A stretch of 63,416 nucleotides of DNA, counting the filler, from Candidatus Woesearchaeota archaeon CG1_02_57_44 (GTDB taxonomy: Archaea; Nanobdellota; Nanobdellia; Woesearchaeales; CG1-02-57-44), in the NCBI GenBank assembly GCA_001871415.1. It is 4 parts of 4 records of this genome, joined end to end, with 100 filler letters (N's around TTAATTAATTAA, not from the genome) between each part and the next. Parts side by side here need not be neighbours in the genome. Positions count along the whole stretch, not along the records: positions 31,696 to 53,999 come from MNWW01000008.1; 3 more parts are not named here. The stretch is one strand, 5' to 3'. The notes below the pieces were generated by a model, which did no database searches, had not been told where the DNA came from, and saw only the letters and a list, made by a program, of their open reading frames with translations. The position numbers were made by a program, and so were the translations under genes. Of the stretch, positions 42,265 to 51,029 are shown one piece after another (within the stretch, counting starts at the first letter, position 1; every line of letters starts with the position of its first letter).

Positions 42265-42516
42265 TCATTTCTTGTAACTGTCGTTGGTCTCCATGACCTT
42301 GCGCATGCTCTCTTCCACTTTCGCGCTCATATTGTAGCCAAGCTTCTTGCAGTGCTTCCTGAAGTCAGCGGCGACCTTCTTGTCGATGGTGAAGTTCAGG
42401 CGCTGCTTCGTCTGCAGCCTACCTGTCTTCTCAAACTCCAAAAGGGCGTCAAATACGGGCTTGTCGCGCAAGGCGATAGCTTTTGCCAATCTCTGGAACT
42501 CATCTGATGGCGTCAT
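42265..42516 (-). CDS. Small ribbon-helix-helix-like protein, putative antitoxin
   Basis: KQRLNFTIDKKVAADFRKHCKKLGYNMSAKVEE beta-alpha-alpha pattern; overlaps the Fic gene end. Confidence 0.7.
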   Translation of the reverse strand: MTPSDEFQRLAKAIALRDKPVFDALLEFEKTGRLQTKQRLNFTIDKKVAADFRKHCKKLGYNMSAKVEESMRKVMETNDSYKK

Positions 42517-42841
42517 GGAGCATCTCCTCTATCTTTCGTATGCTTGTCACCTTTTTCAGTATCATCTTTGTGACCATCTCCAGTACCTTATCATCAAAGG
42601 TCGCATGACCTTCGTACTCCGCGTATGTCTTGATGAGAAGGGCCGCTGTCCTCTTGTTGCCTTCTTCGAACACATGGTCTAAGAGGATGGCACGCGCCAG
42701 ATATGCTAGTGCTTTCTGCCAATTCGATGTCTGTCGAGCGTAGGTGATGGCGAAATCAAGACTTGCTTCATTGTGCAGGCTGCCCTGGTCAAACTGTTGG
42801 TTGAGCGCGATTATGTCTTTTTTTGTCAGGGCAAACGTCAA
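42500..42841 (-). CDS. Fic/Doc-family toxin
   Basis: HVFEEGNKRTA matches the Doc-type HxFx(D/E)GNKR motif; 113 aa; TTG start ~26 nt after CTTAAATA. Confidence 0.88.
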   Translation of the reverse strand: MTFALTKKDIIALNQQFDQGSLHNEASLDFAITYARQTSNWQKALAYLARAILLDHVFEEGNKRTAALLIKTYAEYEGHATFDDKVLEMVTKMILKKVTSIRKIEEMLHDAIR

Positions 42842-42848
42842 TTTGTAG

Positions 42849-42865
42849 TGTGTATAAATGTGTAT
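42849..42865. promoter_or_regulatory. Direct repeat TGTGTAT x2 (10-bp period), probable RHH operator
   Basis: Copies at 42849-42855 and 42859-42865, between the TATA box and the toxin start. Confidence 0.5.
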
Positions 42866-42917
42866 CTATTTAAGGATTTCGCATAGTGGCAGATAGTCTA
42901 TGCATCATTCCATTGCA

Positions 42918-44165
42918 TCACTCGAAGCGCAGCGCGTCCACGGGCTTGAGCCGCGAGGCCTGGTACGCGGGGATGATCCCTGCCAGCACACCGACGCCGA
43001 TAGAGACGGCCAACGCGACCAGCATGGCGTGCAACGATACGGTCGCGCCCGACCTGAAGAATCCCACATTGCCCATGAGCGCAGGCAGCATGCCAGAGAG
43101 GATGGTGCCGAAGAAGATACCCAGCAGACCGCCGACAAGGCCGATGAGGCCGGCGTTCAGCAGGAAGATGAGCATGATGTCCTTGTTCCTCGCGCCGATG
43201 GCCTTCATGATGCCTATCTCCTTGGTCTTCTCCATCACGGACGTGAACATGGTGTTCGCGATGCCGACAGAGCCGACTATCAGGGACACGGCAGCAATGG
43301 CCATCAGGAACATGTTCATGGTCTGCATGGTCGCTGCCCGTGTCTCCTGCGCCTGCGCGCGTGATGTGATCGTGAAGTCCTTCGTCTTGTCGGTCACGTG
43401 CCTGGCGAGCATCATCTTATTGTCTATCTTAGCTATCGTCTCGTCGAGCAGGTCCTGGTCGCGTATCCTGACGATGATGGTATCGTACACGCCGTTGGTC
43501 TTGTCGTCTATCACCTGATAGGCCATCTGCAGCGGCATGTAGATGGAAGTGCTCTGGTCATCGAGGATGCCCACCACACGGAACGCGCTGTTGCCGATGG
43601 TTATCATCTGATTGATGCCGACGGGATGGGTGAAGTAGGAAGACGCGAGACGGCTGCCGATGACGACCACATTCTGGTCGGCCGGCCCGAGCATCCTGCC
43701 TTCGAGCAGGGTCTCCGTGGTTATCTGCGACCAGAACCGCTGGTCCACGCCTGTCAGCGATATGGTCCCTGTCTTGTCCTGGTAGGTGACCTTGACAGAG
43801 CCACGAATCTGTGTATCGATGGTCATGATGTCTGGCATCCCTCGCAGCGCCTGCACGTCGGTACGGGTCAGGGCGGGAGCGTCGGCAGACTGGGTCGAGC
43901 TTGCGTCGAAACCGCCTCCTTCTCTTCCGGGGCCGCGCATCGTAAAAATATTGCCTCCGCGTGAATGGCCGGCGGTAATGGTGAGCAGATCTCCGCCGAG
44001 ACTGGAGAGCTGCTGGTTGATGTTGCTCTGCAACCCTGATCCCAGAGAGCCTATGGCTATGACCGCGGCGACGCCGATGACGATGCCAAGGATGGTCAGC
44101 CAACTTCGCAGCTTGCTGTGCACGACCATGTCAAAGGCGTGCCTGACGCATTTGATAAGCTTCAT
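42918..44165 (-). CDS. ABC transporter permease, MacB/FtsX family
   Basis: KLRSWLTILGIVIGV; GIANTMFTSVMEKTKEIGIMKAIGA; PVDALRFE end. Confidence 0.93.
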   Translation of the reverse strand: MKLIKCVRHAFDMVVHSKLRSWLTILGIVIGVAAVIAIGSLGSGLQSNINQQLSSLGGDLLTITAGHSRGGNIFTMRGPGREGGGFDASSTQSADAPALTRTDVQALRGMPDIMTIDTQIRGSVKVTYQDKTGTISLTGVDQRFWSQITTETLLEGRMLGPADQNVVVIGSRLASSYFTHPVGINQMITIGNSAFRVVGILDDQSTSIYMPLQMAYQVIDDKTNGVYDTIIVRIRDQDLLDETIAKIDNKMMLARHVTDKTKDFTITSRAQAQETRAATMQTMNMFLMAIAAVSLIVGSVGIANTMFTSVMEKTKEIGIMKAIGARNKDIMLIFLLNAGLIGLVGGLLGIFFGTILSGMLPALMGNVGFFRSGATVSLHAMLVALAVSIGVGVLAGIIPAYQASRLKPVDALRFE

Positions 44166-44257
44166 CGCGGGCGCTCCGACGCTGTCTGCCGTCGATGGAT
44201 GTGGGTCATGCTTTGTTCCTCAGGTCTGGCGATCTGTTCCCCGCGTATATGCGCCTG

Positions 44258-45760
44258 CTACTTCTTCTGCGCGCTCTTGCTCTGCAGCGAAGCGAGCAGC
44301 TTCTTCTTGCGGTGGCCGCGATACCAGAGGGCGCCGATGACGAGCAGCACGATGAACAGATGCCACTTGTACTCCTGCAGGAAGGTCTGCTGCTGCACGA
44401 CCCGGCCCCTGGTGCCGAAGCTGCCAGCAGCCGCCATGGCTGCGGCGCTGCCTGTGCTGTTTGCTGACGATGCGGTGTTCATGGGCACTTCCTTGATGAC
44501 GCTGTGGCGCTGGCCCATGGTGTCGGTGTAGTCTATCTGCACCCTGATGCTGGATCCTGACGCTACCGCGGCGGTCATAGAGGAGTTCACGTCGCCCATG
44601 TCTGCACGGGCGAACGCACGCGCTCCTTGGGCCGACGGGTCTGTCGTCGCGCTGTCTGCGCTCTGAGGCGCGATGCTTGTCGTCGAGGTTCCTGTGGTTC
44701 CGGCAAATGCGCCGCGTTGTCGTCCGCCGCTGAGCGTGAAGCTCGCGATGGTGTAGTCGCCGGTGTTCAGATTGCCGAGGATGGCAGCGTCAGAGCCGGT
44801 CACGGTCCAGCTTGGTTGCAGGGGGATGCGCACCGCGACGCTGTATGCTGGATTGGACCCTATGTTGGCGATGCTGAACGACGTGCTCCCGGAGGCGCTC
44901 TCCGAGAACGAGACGTCAAAGTCCGTCCCTCCGCCGACATAGATGCCCGCGATGCTGTCCATCTCCTGGGTGGCGCCGCTCGTTGGATCGCGGTAGGTGA
45001 ACGTCAGGTCCATCTTGTAGAGACCTGCCACGGCATTGCGGTCGGCGATGACCTGATACGCCACCTCCGCGCTCTCGCCGATGGGGATGCTCTTTATGTG
45101 CTTGGTGTTGTCGCTGCCGACAGGCAGGATGATATCGTCGGCATTGGCCCACCTGAAGGTGACGTCCTGCAGAGGCGTGTTGCCGACATTGTTGATGACG
45201 AACTTCATCGTCGTCAGCATACCGGGCAGCAGGCTGGTCTGGTCGATGTAGATGACTTCGGCTATCTGCTGGCCTTCCACATCGACGCTGAAATTTCTCA
45301 CGGTGGACGCGCTGGAGCTGTTCTGGTAGTACTTGACTTTCAGGTCATAGCTGCCTGCCGGCGCGCTGTTGTCTACCAGCATGCTGTATTTGAGAATCTT
45401 GATATTGTCATTGTATTGATATCCCTTGATCGCTCCTGTTGACTGAATGGCGCTTGATCCGGGGACGAGGACGAACGGATATTCCGGCAGGAGTTCGACG
45501 AGCAGGTCATCGATGGGCACGCCGCCGGAGTTCTGCACTCCCAGGCGCACATCCACAATGCCGCCCACGAGCGCGGGGTCAGGGACCTGATTGACCATGG
45601 ACAGCGTGATCGCGGAGGTGCCTGCGAGACTGCCGCTTGACGAGCTGGACGCGGCGAGCGCCGCAGGCATGAGCAGGGGGGCTATCAAGACTGCCATGAT
45701 GAGCAGGAGCATCAGGATGGCTGTCGGCATGGTCCGTCGTCTCAGGGGATTCTGTGTCAT
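44258..45760 (-). CDS. COG1361-type S-layer-like/Ig-fold membrane-anchored protein
   Basis: Signal peptide ending PAALA, NQVPDPA..G, IANIGSNPA, GNLNTGDYT, C-terminal TM plus basic tail. GGTGA RBS precedes 45760. Confidence 0.82.
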   Translation of the reverse strand: MTQNPLRRRTMPTAILMLLLIMAVLIAPLLMPAALAASSSSSGSLAGTSAITLSMVNQVPDPALVGGIVDVRLGVQNSGGVPIDDLLVELLPEYPFVLVPGSSAIQSTGAIKGYQYNDNIKILKYSMLVDNSAPAGSYDLKVKYYQNSSSASTVRNFSVDVEGQQIAEVIYIDQTSLLPGMLTTMKFVINNVGNTPLQDVTFRWANADDIILPVGSDNTKHIKSIPIGESAEVAYQVIADRNAVAGLYKMDLTFTYRDPTSGATQEMDSIAGIYVGGGTDFDVSFSESASGSTSFSIANIGSNPAYSVAVRIPLQPSWTVTGSDAAILGNLNTGDYTIASFTLSGGRQRGAFAGTTGTSTTSIAPQSADSATTDPSAQGARAFARADMGDVNSSMTAAVASGSSIRVQIDYTDTMGQRHSVIKEVPMNTASSANSTGSAAAMAAAGSFGTRGRVVQQQTFLQEYKWHLFIVLLVIGALWYRGHRKKKLLASLQSKSAQKK

Positions 45761-45808
45761 TCGCGTATCACCTTGGCTGCGTTCTACGATCGTCATATCA
45801 TATTCATG

Positions 45809-46504
45809 TCACTTATGGTGGAGCACCAGTCCATCTTTGAGCGTTATCCGTGTCCTGGCGAATTCCGCCCAGTGAAGATCGTGCGTCACCATGATGACCG
45901 TCTTTCCCTGCTCTTTCCAGAGCCGTTGCATCATAGTCAGTATCTGTTTTCCTGTCTCGCTGTCCAGCGCGCCGGTAGGTTCATCAGCGAGGATTATCTC
46001 CGGATCCGCGGCGAGGCAACGGGCGATAGACACCCGCTGCTGCTGGCCTCCGGAGAGCTGGCTTGGCAGATGGTATATCTTGTCCGCCAGGCCCACGAGG
46101 TCTAATATCTCCAGCGCGCGCTCATGCGCCTTGCGGTCAGGGATCTCCAGGAACTCCAGGGGCAGCAGGACATTCTGCAACGCTGTCATGCTCTGGATGA
46201 GGTTGTATTGCTGGAAGATGAACCCGATGGTCTGGCCGCGGAATGTCGCCAGGTCTGATTCGCTCAGTTGAGCGATGTCATTTCCCTTGAGCAGGACCTT
46301 TCCTTTTGTGGGAAGGTCCAGGCAGCCGATGAGATTCATCATGGTGGATTTGCCGCTGCCCGACGCGCCGATGATGGCCACGAAATCACCTGTATCGATG
46401 CTGATGCTCACGCCCCGCAGGGCAGGAACCTGCACCTGCCCCATCTTGTATATCTTCCAGACATCATCGAGCTGGAGGATGGGGGATGCTTGTTTGGGTA
46501 TCAT
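45809..46504 (-). CDS. ABC transporter ATP-binding protein
   Basis: [33 protein letters not shown]. Confidence 0.96.
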   Translation of the reverse strand: MIPKQASPILQLDDVWKIYKMGQVQVPALRGVSISIDTGDFVAIIGASGSGKSTMMNLIGCLDLPTKGKVLLKGNDIAQLSESDLATFRGQTIGFIFQQYNLIQSMTALQNVLLPLEFLEIPDRKAHERALEILDLVGLADKIYHLPSQLSGGQQQRVSIARCLAADPEIILADEPTGALDSETGKQILTMMQRLWKEQGKTVIMVTHDLHWAEFARTRITLKDGLVLHHK

Positions 46505-46763
46505 GGTGTAGGTTAATGACCTGTGTGGTTTACTGGTGTGTGATTGCTGTATGGCATGCTGACAATGTCACGGAGAAAATATAGACAGATGGTTTATAAG
46601 TAGAATGGACGGGAAGTGTGAATATCATATTCCTCCTCTTGATGGCAATAAATGTAGTAAACGGTACCATTGATCCGGAGAACATGGAGGATACGAAAGG
46701 CACTAAACACCTTGAGATGCACAGGAATGGATTGCTTGGCCAGAAGCATTGGCTTTTCTTACC

Positions 46764-47039
46764 TTACAGCTCAAACTCATCTATCACTCCCTGGATGATA
46801 GCGTACTTCTCCAGGAACGCGAACCCCTTGTCTGTCAGGGTCACATACTTGCGCTTCTTCCTGTCGAGCTCCTCGCGGATGAAGCCCTTCTCCAGCAGCT
46901 CGGTGTAGTATTCCGAGAAGCTCTGCGATGACACATTGGTGTAGCGCAGCAGGGGCGTCACCTTGATCGCATTCTTGTTGTCGCGCACCAACCGCAGGAT
47001 GGTATAGACTATCTCCAGGCGGTCACGCTTCCTTGGCAT
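46764..47039 (-). CDS. Archaeal winged-helix transcriptional regulator
   Basis: RKRDRLEIVYTIL...TPLLRYTNVS...Y.ELLEKGFI...LTDKG..FL; GAGGT RBS; overlaps the upstream membrane gene. Confidence 0.85.
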   Translation of the reverse strand: MPRKRDRLEIVYTILRLVRDNKNAIKVTPLLRYTNVSSQSFSEYYTELLEKGFIREELDRKKRKYVTLTDKGFAFLEKYAIIQGVIDEFEL

Positions 47040-47721
47040 GGGCATACCTCTTGCGCACGCGGAAGGACACTGACGCGAACACGGCGATAGACAGGGCATA
47101 GAAGAGTGCCTGCGATGACGGAGGCAGCAGCCAGCGCGCTGTCAGCAGCACATTGCAGAGCCAGAAGATGAACAACAGGATATAGGTCACCTTGTTGTGG
47201 GAATGCATCCTGGTATCTAGCAGGATCGCGACTATAGCGCCGAGCATGATGACGCTCTGTATGATCAGCAACAAAGGATACGACCTTGAGAGCCAAGCGA
47301 CGAACGCCAGCACGGCGGAGACGATGTGCAAAGCAAGTTGCAGCCAGTCCGGCTCTTTTATACGACGGTACATGGCGGCCAGCACCGTAGAGAACGCTGC
47401 CATGGTACTGCTGTAGAAGACGACGGCCATGGCGACGGACATCCACTGGCGCGGCCAGGGGATGAGGAACTCCTGACGCAGGAGGGGCATGATGACCAAT
47501 ACGCTTCGCACCAGATACGCGATGCCGAAATAGAGGAAGATGTTGCTGAAGTGGAAGATGCCCTTGTGCTTGGACAAGGAGGCGATGTCCTTGAGACGGA
47601 CATAGACATAGGCGCACAGCCCAAGGATGATGAGCAGATACAGCAGTTCCAGGGTGATTGCCGGCAGTGGCGGGCCCATGTGCGGGCCATAGTAATGGAG
47701 CATGCTCATGCCTGGCATCAT
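47023..47721 (-). CDS. Seven-TM membrane protein, possible sensor co-transcribed with the wHTH regulator
   Basis: About 7 hydrophobic helices; His/Met-rich N-terminus; TTTATATA box upstream. Confidence 0.75.
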   Translation of the reverse strand: MMPGMSMLHYYGPHMGPPLPAITLELLYLLIILGLCAYVYVRLKDIASLSKHKGIFHFSNIFLYFGIAYLVRSVLVIMPLLRQEFLIPWPRQWMSVAMAVVFYSSTMAAFSTVLAAMYRRIKEPDWLQLALHIVSAVLAFVAWLSRSYPLLLIIQSVIMLGAIVAILLDTRMHSHNKVTYILLFIFWLCNVLLTARWLLPPSSQALFYALSIAVFASVSFRVRKRYAHAKEA

Positions 47722-47842
47722 GCATCAGAGCAGTCCATGATATATAAAGCATGTGGACGGGCAGTGTATACTTGGGGTTCTTCAGGGATATAAAGCAGCA
47801 GGGTATCAAGGTTTCTGTGCCAAATGCGCACGGAGGGAAAGC

Positions 47843-48703
47843 ATGGGAATAAAAGAAATGAGCTCGAGCAAGAAGGTCATCGTGGCATTGGGTGTCGTTG
47901 GACTGACCGCGGCTGCCGCGGTGGCGAGCGTCGCCGCCATGCCTTGGCATGGACAACAGGGCATCGGGGCCAGCACCGCGGTGCAAGACGCCATCCAGGC
48001 GAATGATTACAATGCCTTTGTCGATGCGGTCAGCGCGGTCAATCCAGACGCGGTCAGCCACATCACAGAGGATCAGTTCGCGATGATGGCTGAGCGCAGC
48101 GATGCGCACGACGCAATGCAGGCAGCCATCGAGGCCGACGATTACGACGCGTTCTTCACGGCGCTCTCGCAGGAGAATCCTATCGCGGCCAGGCACCTGA
48201 CGCAAGAGCAGTTCCAGCAGCGCGTTGATGCGCATACTACGCACACTGCTGTGGAAGCGGCACTTGAGGCGGGGGACTATGATGCCTGGGTTGCGGCGGT
48301 ATCAGCGCTGCCGCACGCGCCGGACATAGCCAACATCGTCACCGAAGACGACTTCAATACGCTGGTCGCGTTGCACCAGGCGCGAGAGTCAGGCGACACA
48401 GACACGGCCAAGCAGCTATTGCAGGAACTACCACGCAATGAGCGCATGTTCGCCGGAGGTCCCGGTGAAGGCAAGGGCGTCGGCGGATTCGGGATGGGAG
48501 GCTTTGGTATGGGTATGCAGGGCGCTGACGCTGGTCGAGGATCCGACATGAGGCCTGACGACGCCGGCTTTGGAGCAGGTATCGGACGCGATGGAGGCCA
48601 TGGCATCGCAGGCGGCTCAGGCCAGGGAAGAGGCATGGGCATGCGCGGTCGATATGGCGGCGGTCTGGGCAATGGTCAGGGGGCAGGCCCTGACAGCTCC
48701 TGA
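47843..48703 (+). CDS. Secreted protein with three ~43-aa helical repeats and a Gly/Met-rich tail
   Basis: Signal peptide; repeats AVQDAIQANDYNAF / AMQAAIEADDYDAF / AVEAALEAGDYDAW; GFGMG tail; GGAGG RBS. Confidence 0.8.
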   Translation: MGIKEMSSSKKVIVALGVVGLTAAAAVASVAAMPWHGQQGIGASTAVQDAIQANDYNAFVDAVSAVNPDAVSHITEDQFAMMAERSDAHDAMQAAIEADDYDAFFTALSQENPIAARHLTQEQFQQRVDAHTTHTAVEAALEAGDYDAWVAAVSALPHAPDIANIVTEDDFNTLVALHQARESGDTDTAKQLLQELPRNERMFAGGPGEGKGVGGFGMGGFGMGMQGADAGRGSDMRPDDAGFGAGIGRDGGHGIAGGSGQGRGMGMRGRYGGGLGNGQGAGPDSS

Positions 48704-48705
48704 TT

Positions 48706-48725
48706 ACCCCCTTTTTTCTTTTTTT
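48706..48725 (+). terminator. Oligo-T archaeal-type terminator
   Basis: CCCCCTTTTTTCTTTTTTT directly after the stop at 48703. Confidence 0.5.
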
Positions 48726-48861
48726 ATTGCAAAGCACGGGGTTGAATACCCCGTCCTTCAGGACGTGCTTTGCAATTCAAAAATCCGCCTGCTATGACGA
48801 GGCGCGGTAATACCGCGGCCTTCAGGCCGCGGTTAGCGCCGAGTGGCGGATTTTTGTTATT
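48724..48861 (+). mobile_element. 138-bp structured non-autonomous element, copy 3 (complete)
   Basis: Identical to copy 2 except one substitution (GCTATG vs GCAATG) in an unpaired segment. Confidence 0.85.
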
Positions 48862-48942
48862 CTATCTTCTCATCTGCGACGACATGCCTATTGACATAGA
48901 ACTGACTGCAGCTTCGTTAATCACTGGTCAGTCGAGCCTTTC

Positions 48943-49527
48943 TCACAGATGGATGCTGATGCCCAGGGTCTTGAGCAGGTAATCATACAGGATCAGAATC
49001 AGCACGATGATGCCAAGGAGCACCACCAGCTGCAGCCTGCCGTGATGCTTGTGCCAGTGCTTCCTCTCGTGGTGGCTGGAGACATCCATAAGCTCGTCAC
49101 CGAGGAAGATGGACAGGAATGTGCCGATGACCGACAACAGGATGATTATCCACATGGGCCAGGGATGCGTGATGATGTGGTAGAACAAGCTGAGGATGAG
49201 CGTCTTCTGGTAGATGGCCGGCGCAAAGAGCATAGCGCCGATATTGACAAGGAGCGCGATGACCCAGACGATGATCTCCGTGTATATCATGCGCATGCCG
49301 GTCAGCAGCCGGATGGGGAAGTCCAGCAGGAATCCTGCGTCAGCGACCGGCGTGCAGAAGACGAAGAATGACCAGGTGAGGATGGTGATAACAAGACCGT
49401 TCTGCATGCCGAAGTAGCGAGCGGTATAGGCAAGGTAGATGATGATGATACCTACCACGACCATGTATTTGTTGAGCCCATGCATCCAGGTCTCCTTCTC
49501 AAGGAATCCTTTCAGGATGTTGCGCAT
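48943..49527 (-). CDS. Conserved-looking hypothetical membrane protein (5-6 TM, His-rich loop)
   Basis: WSFFVFCTPVADAGFLLDFPIRLL, GDELMDV, HHERKHWHKHH. Start at ATG 49527; the longer ORF runs through the MITE. Confidence 0.75.
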   Translation of the reverse strand: MRNILKGFLEKETWMHGLNKYMVVVGIIIIYLAYTARYFGMQNGLVITILTWSFFVFCTPVADAGFLLDFPIRLLTGMRMIYTEIIVWVIALLVNIGAMLFAPAIYQKTLILSLFYHIITHPWPMWIIILLSVIGTFLSIFLGDELMDVSSHHERKHWHKHHGRLQLVVLLGIIVLILILYDYLLKTLGISIHL

Positions 49528-49573
49528 GTGAGGCTTAATCGGGCTCTGGCATAATAAGCTTTTCTTTTGGTCT

Positions 49574-49736
49574 GGCTCTGTCCTGAATCTCCTTTGACTA
49601 TGCCAGCAGCGGGCTTCGGCGGTGTTCCCACCAGTGACGGATTGACATCCCCGAAGGGGGCATCCCCCTGTCAATGCGCACAATGCAACACATCATCCTT
49701 CGCAATTGCTGCTGGCTGGACTCTTAGGACAGAGCC
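49574..49736. mobile_element. 163-bp MITE-like element, copy B, with 8/9 target-site duplication
   Basis: Perfect 11-bp TIR GGCTCTGTCCT/AGGACAGAGCC; flanks TTTTGGTCT (49565-49573) and CTTTGGTCT (49737-49745). Confidence 0.85.
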
Positions 49737-49798
49737 CTTTGGTCTGACGCATATGCTTCGGTTGCTCGCGTCGGTGAGCGCATGGCATCGCCTGTATG

Positions 49799-50962
49799 CT
49801 ACAACGATGGCTGCCGCATCAGCCGCTTCACTATGCTAATGTAGATGGGACTGACCAGCAAGGACAGCGCGATGACCGCGATGAGCATCTGGTACATGTC
49901 TGGGGGTATGAGTTCGCTCTGCACACCGACGGTCGCCAGGATGAAGCTGAATTCTCCTACCTGCGCGAGCAATGCCCCTCCATACAGCGATGCCTTCCGC
50001 CGGAAGCCCAGGGATTCCAGCACCATGGAGTTGATTATGGTATTGAGCAGGAGCACAGCAGCCAACAGTAAGGATACTTCTCTGACATGCGCCATCACAA
50101 ACGGGATGTCTATCAGCATGCCGATGCTGATGAAGAACAGGGAGACGAACACAGTATAGAATGGGTGCAAAGAGGTATGCACCCATGAGGTCTCCTTCGC
50201 CTTGGCGACCAGGATCCCCGCCAGGAAGGCGCCCAGCGCAGTGGAGAGATTGAATAGCCCGGTGAGCGTCGCCAGACCAAGGGCGAGGACCATCGCCGCG
50301 AAGAGCTGCAGTTCCGAGTCCTTCCTGACCGCAGGCGGCAAGGGCAGCGATATCTGCCTCTTGCTTATCATCCACCAGACCAGGAGGAGGACCAGGAGCA
50401 ACCCGACGCCCTGCAGGGCTATCTCCGCCAGCGAGACGTGCGCCCGGTTCAGCAGGGAGATGATGAGCAGCATGGGCACTATCGCGAGATCCTGGACAAG
50501 CAGTATGCTCAGGACCGTCCTGCCTGTCCGGGTGTGGAGCTCCTTATTCTCGACCAGCAGCTTGACCAGCACGGCGGTGCTGCTGAGCGCGATGACAAAT
50601 CCGATGAGGACGATGCGTGCTGTCGTCCAACCGTAGGCGTCACCGATCACCCACGCGACCATCACGCTGAGGAGCACCTGCGCCAGTGTGCCGTACACGG
50701 CGCCTTTCCATCCCCTGATGAGGTTATCAAGCGGCAGCTCCATGCCGATGAAGAATAGCAGCATCACCACGCCGACAGAGCCGAGATGTCCGATGAATTC
50801 CTGGTCCGTGAGCATCCGCAGGCCATGCGGACCGAGCATCGCGCCCATCATGATGTATGCTATTATCACCGGTTGGCGAAATCCACGCATCAGCATGCCA
50901 GCCACGAGGGCGACGAGCCCTATGCTTGTCAGCCCCAGCAGCAGAGGGTCTATTCCGAGCAT
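49799..50962 (-). CDS. Cation:proton antiporter, CPA2 (KefC-like membrane domain, no TrkA domain)
   Basis: GVVMLLFFIGME, ALSSTAV, LLVQDL, LGAFLAG, FFISIG, QVGEFSF. Confidence 0.92.
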   Translation of the reverse strand: MLGIDPLLLGLTSIGLVALVAGMLMRGFRQPVIIAYIMMGAMLGPHGLRMLTDQEFIGHLGSVGVVMLLFFIGMELPLDNLIRGWKGAVYGTLAQVLLSVMVAWVIGDAYGWTTARIVLIGFVIALSSTAVLVKLLVENKELHTRTGRTVLSILLVQDLAIVPMLLIISLLNRAHVSLAEIALQGVGLLLVLLLVWWMISKRQISLPLPPAVRKDSELQLFAAMVLALGLATLTGLFNLSTALGAFLAGILVAKAKETSWVHTSLHPFYTVFVSLFFISIGMLIDIPFVMAHVREVSLLLAAVLLLNTIINSMVLESLGFRRKASLYGGALLAQVGEFSFILATVGVQSELIPPDMYQMLIAVIALSLLVSPIYISIVKRLMRQPSL

Positions 50963-51029
50963 ACCCCTGTAGAGGGTGTTGGCTACTTAAACATAACCTT
51001 TTTATGCCTGAGGGCGCTGCTGGTTTTGC

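Noticed and set aside
49574..49736. Metal/ion riboswitch near the antiporter and membrane protein
   Set aside because: I recognise no riboswitch consensus. It has TIRs and a target duplication, lies upstream of the downstream gene's TATA box, and the second copy is in an unrelated context.
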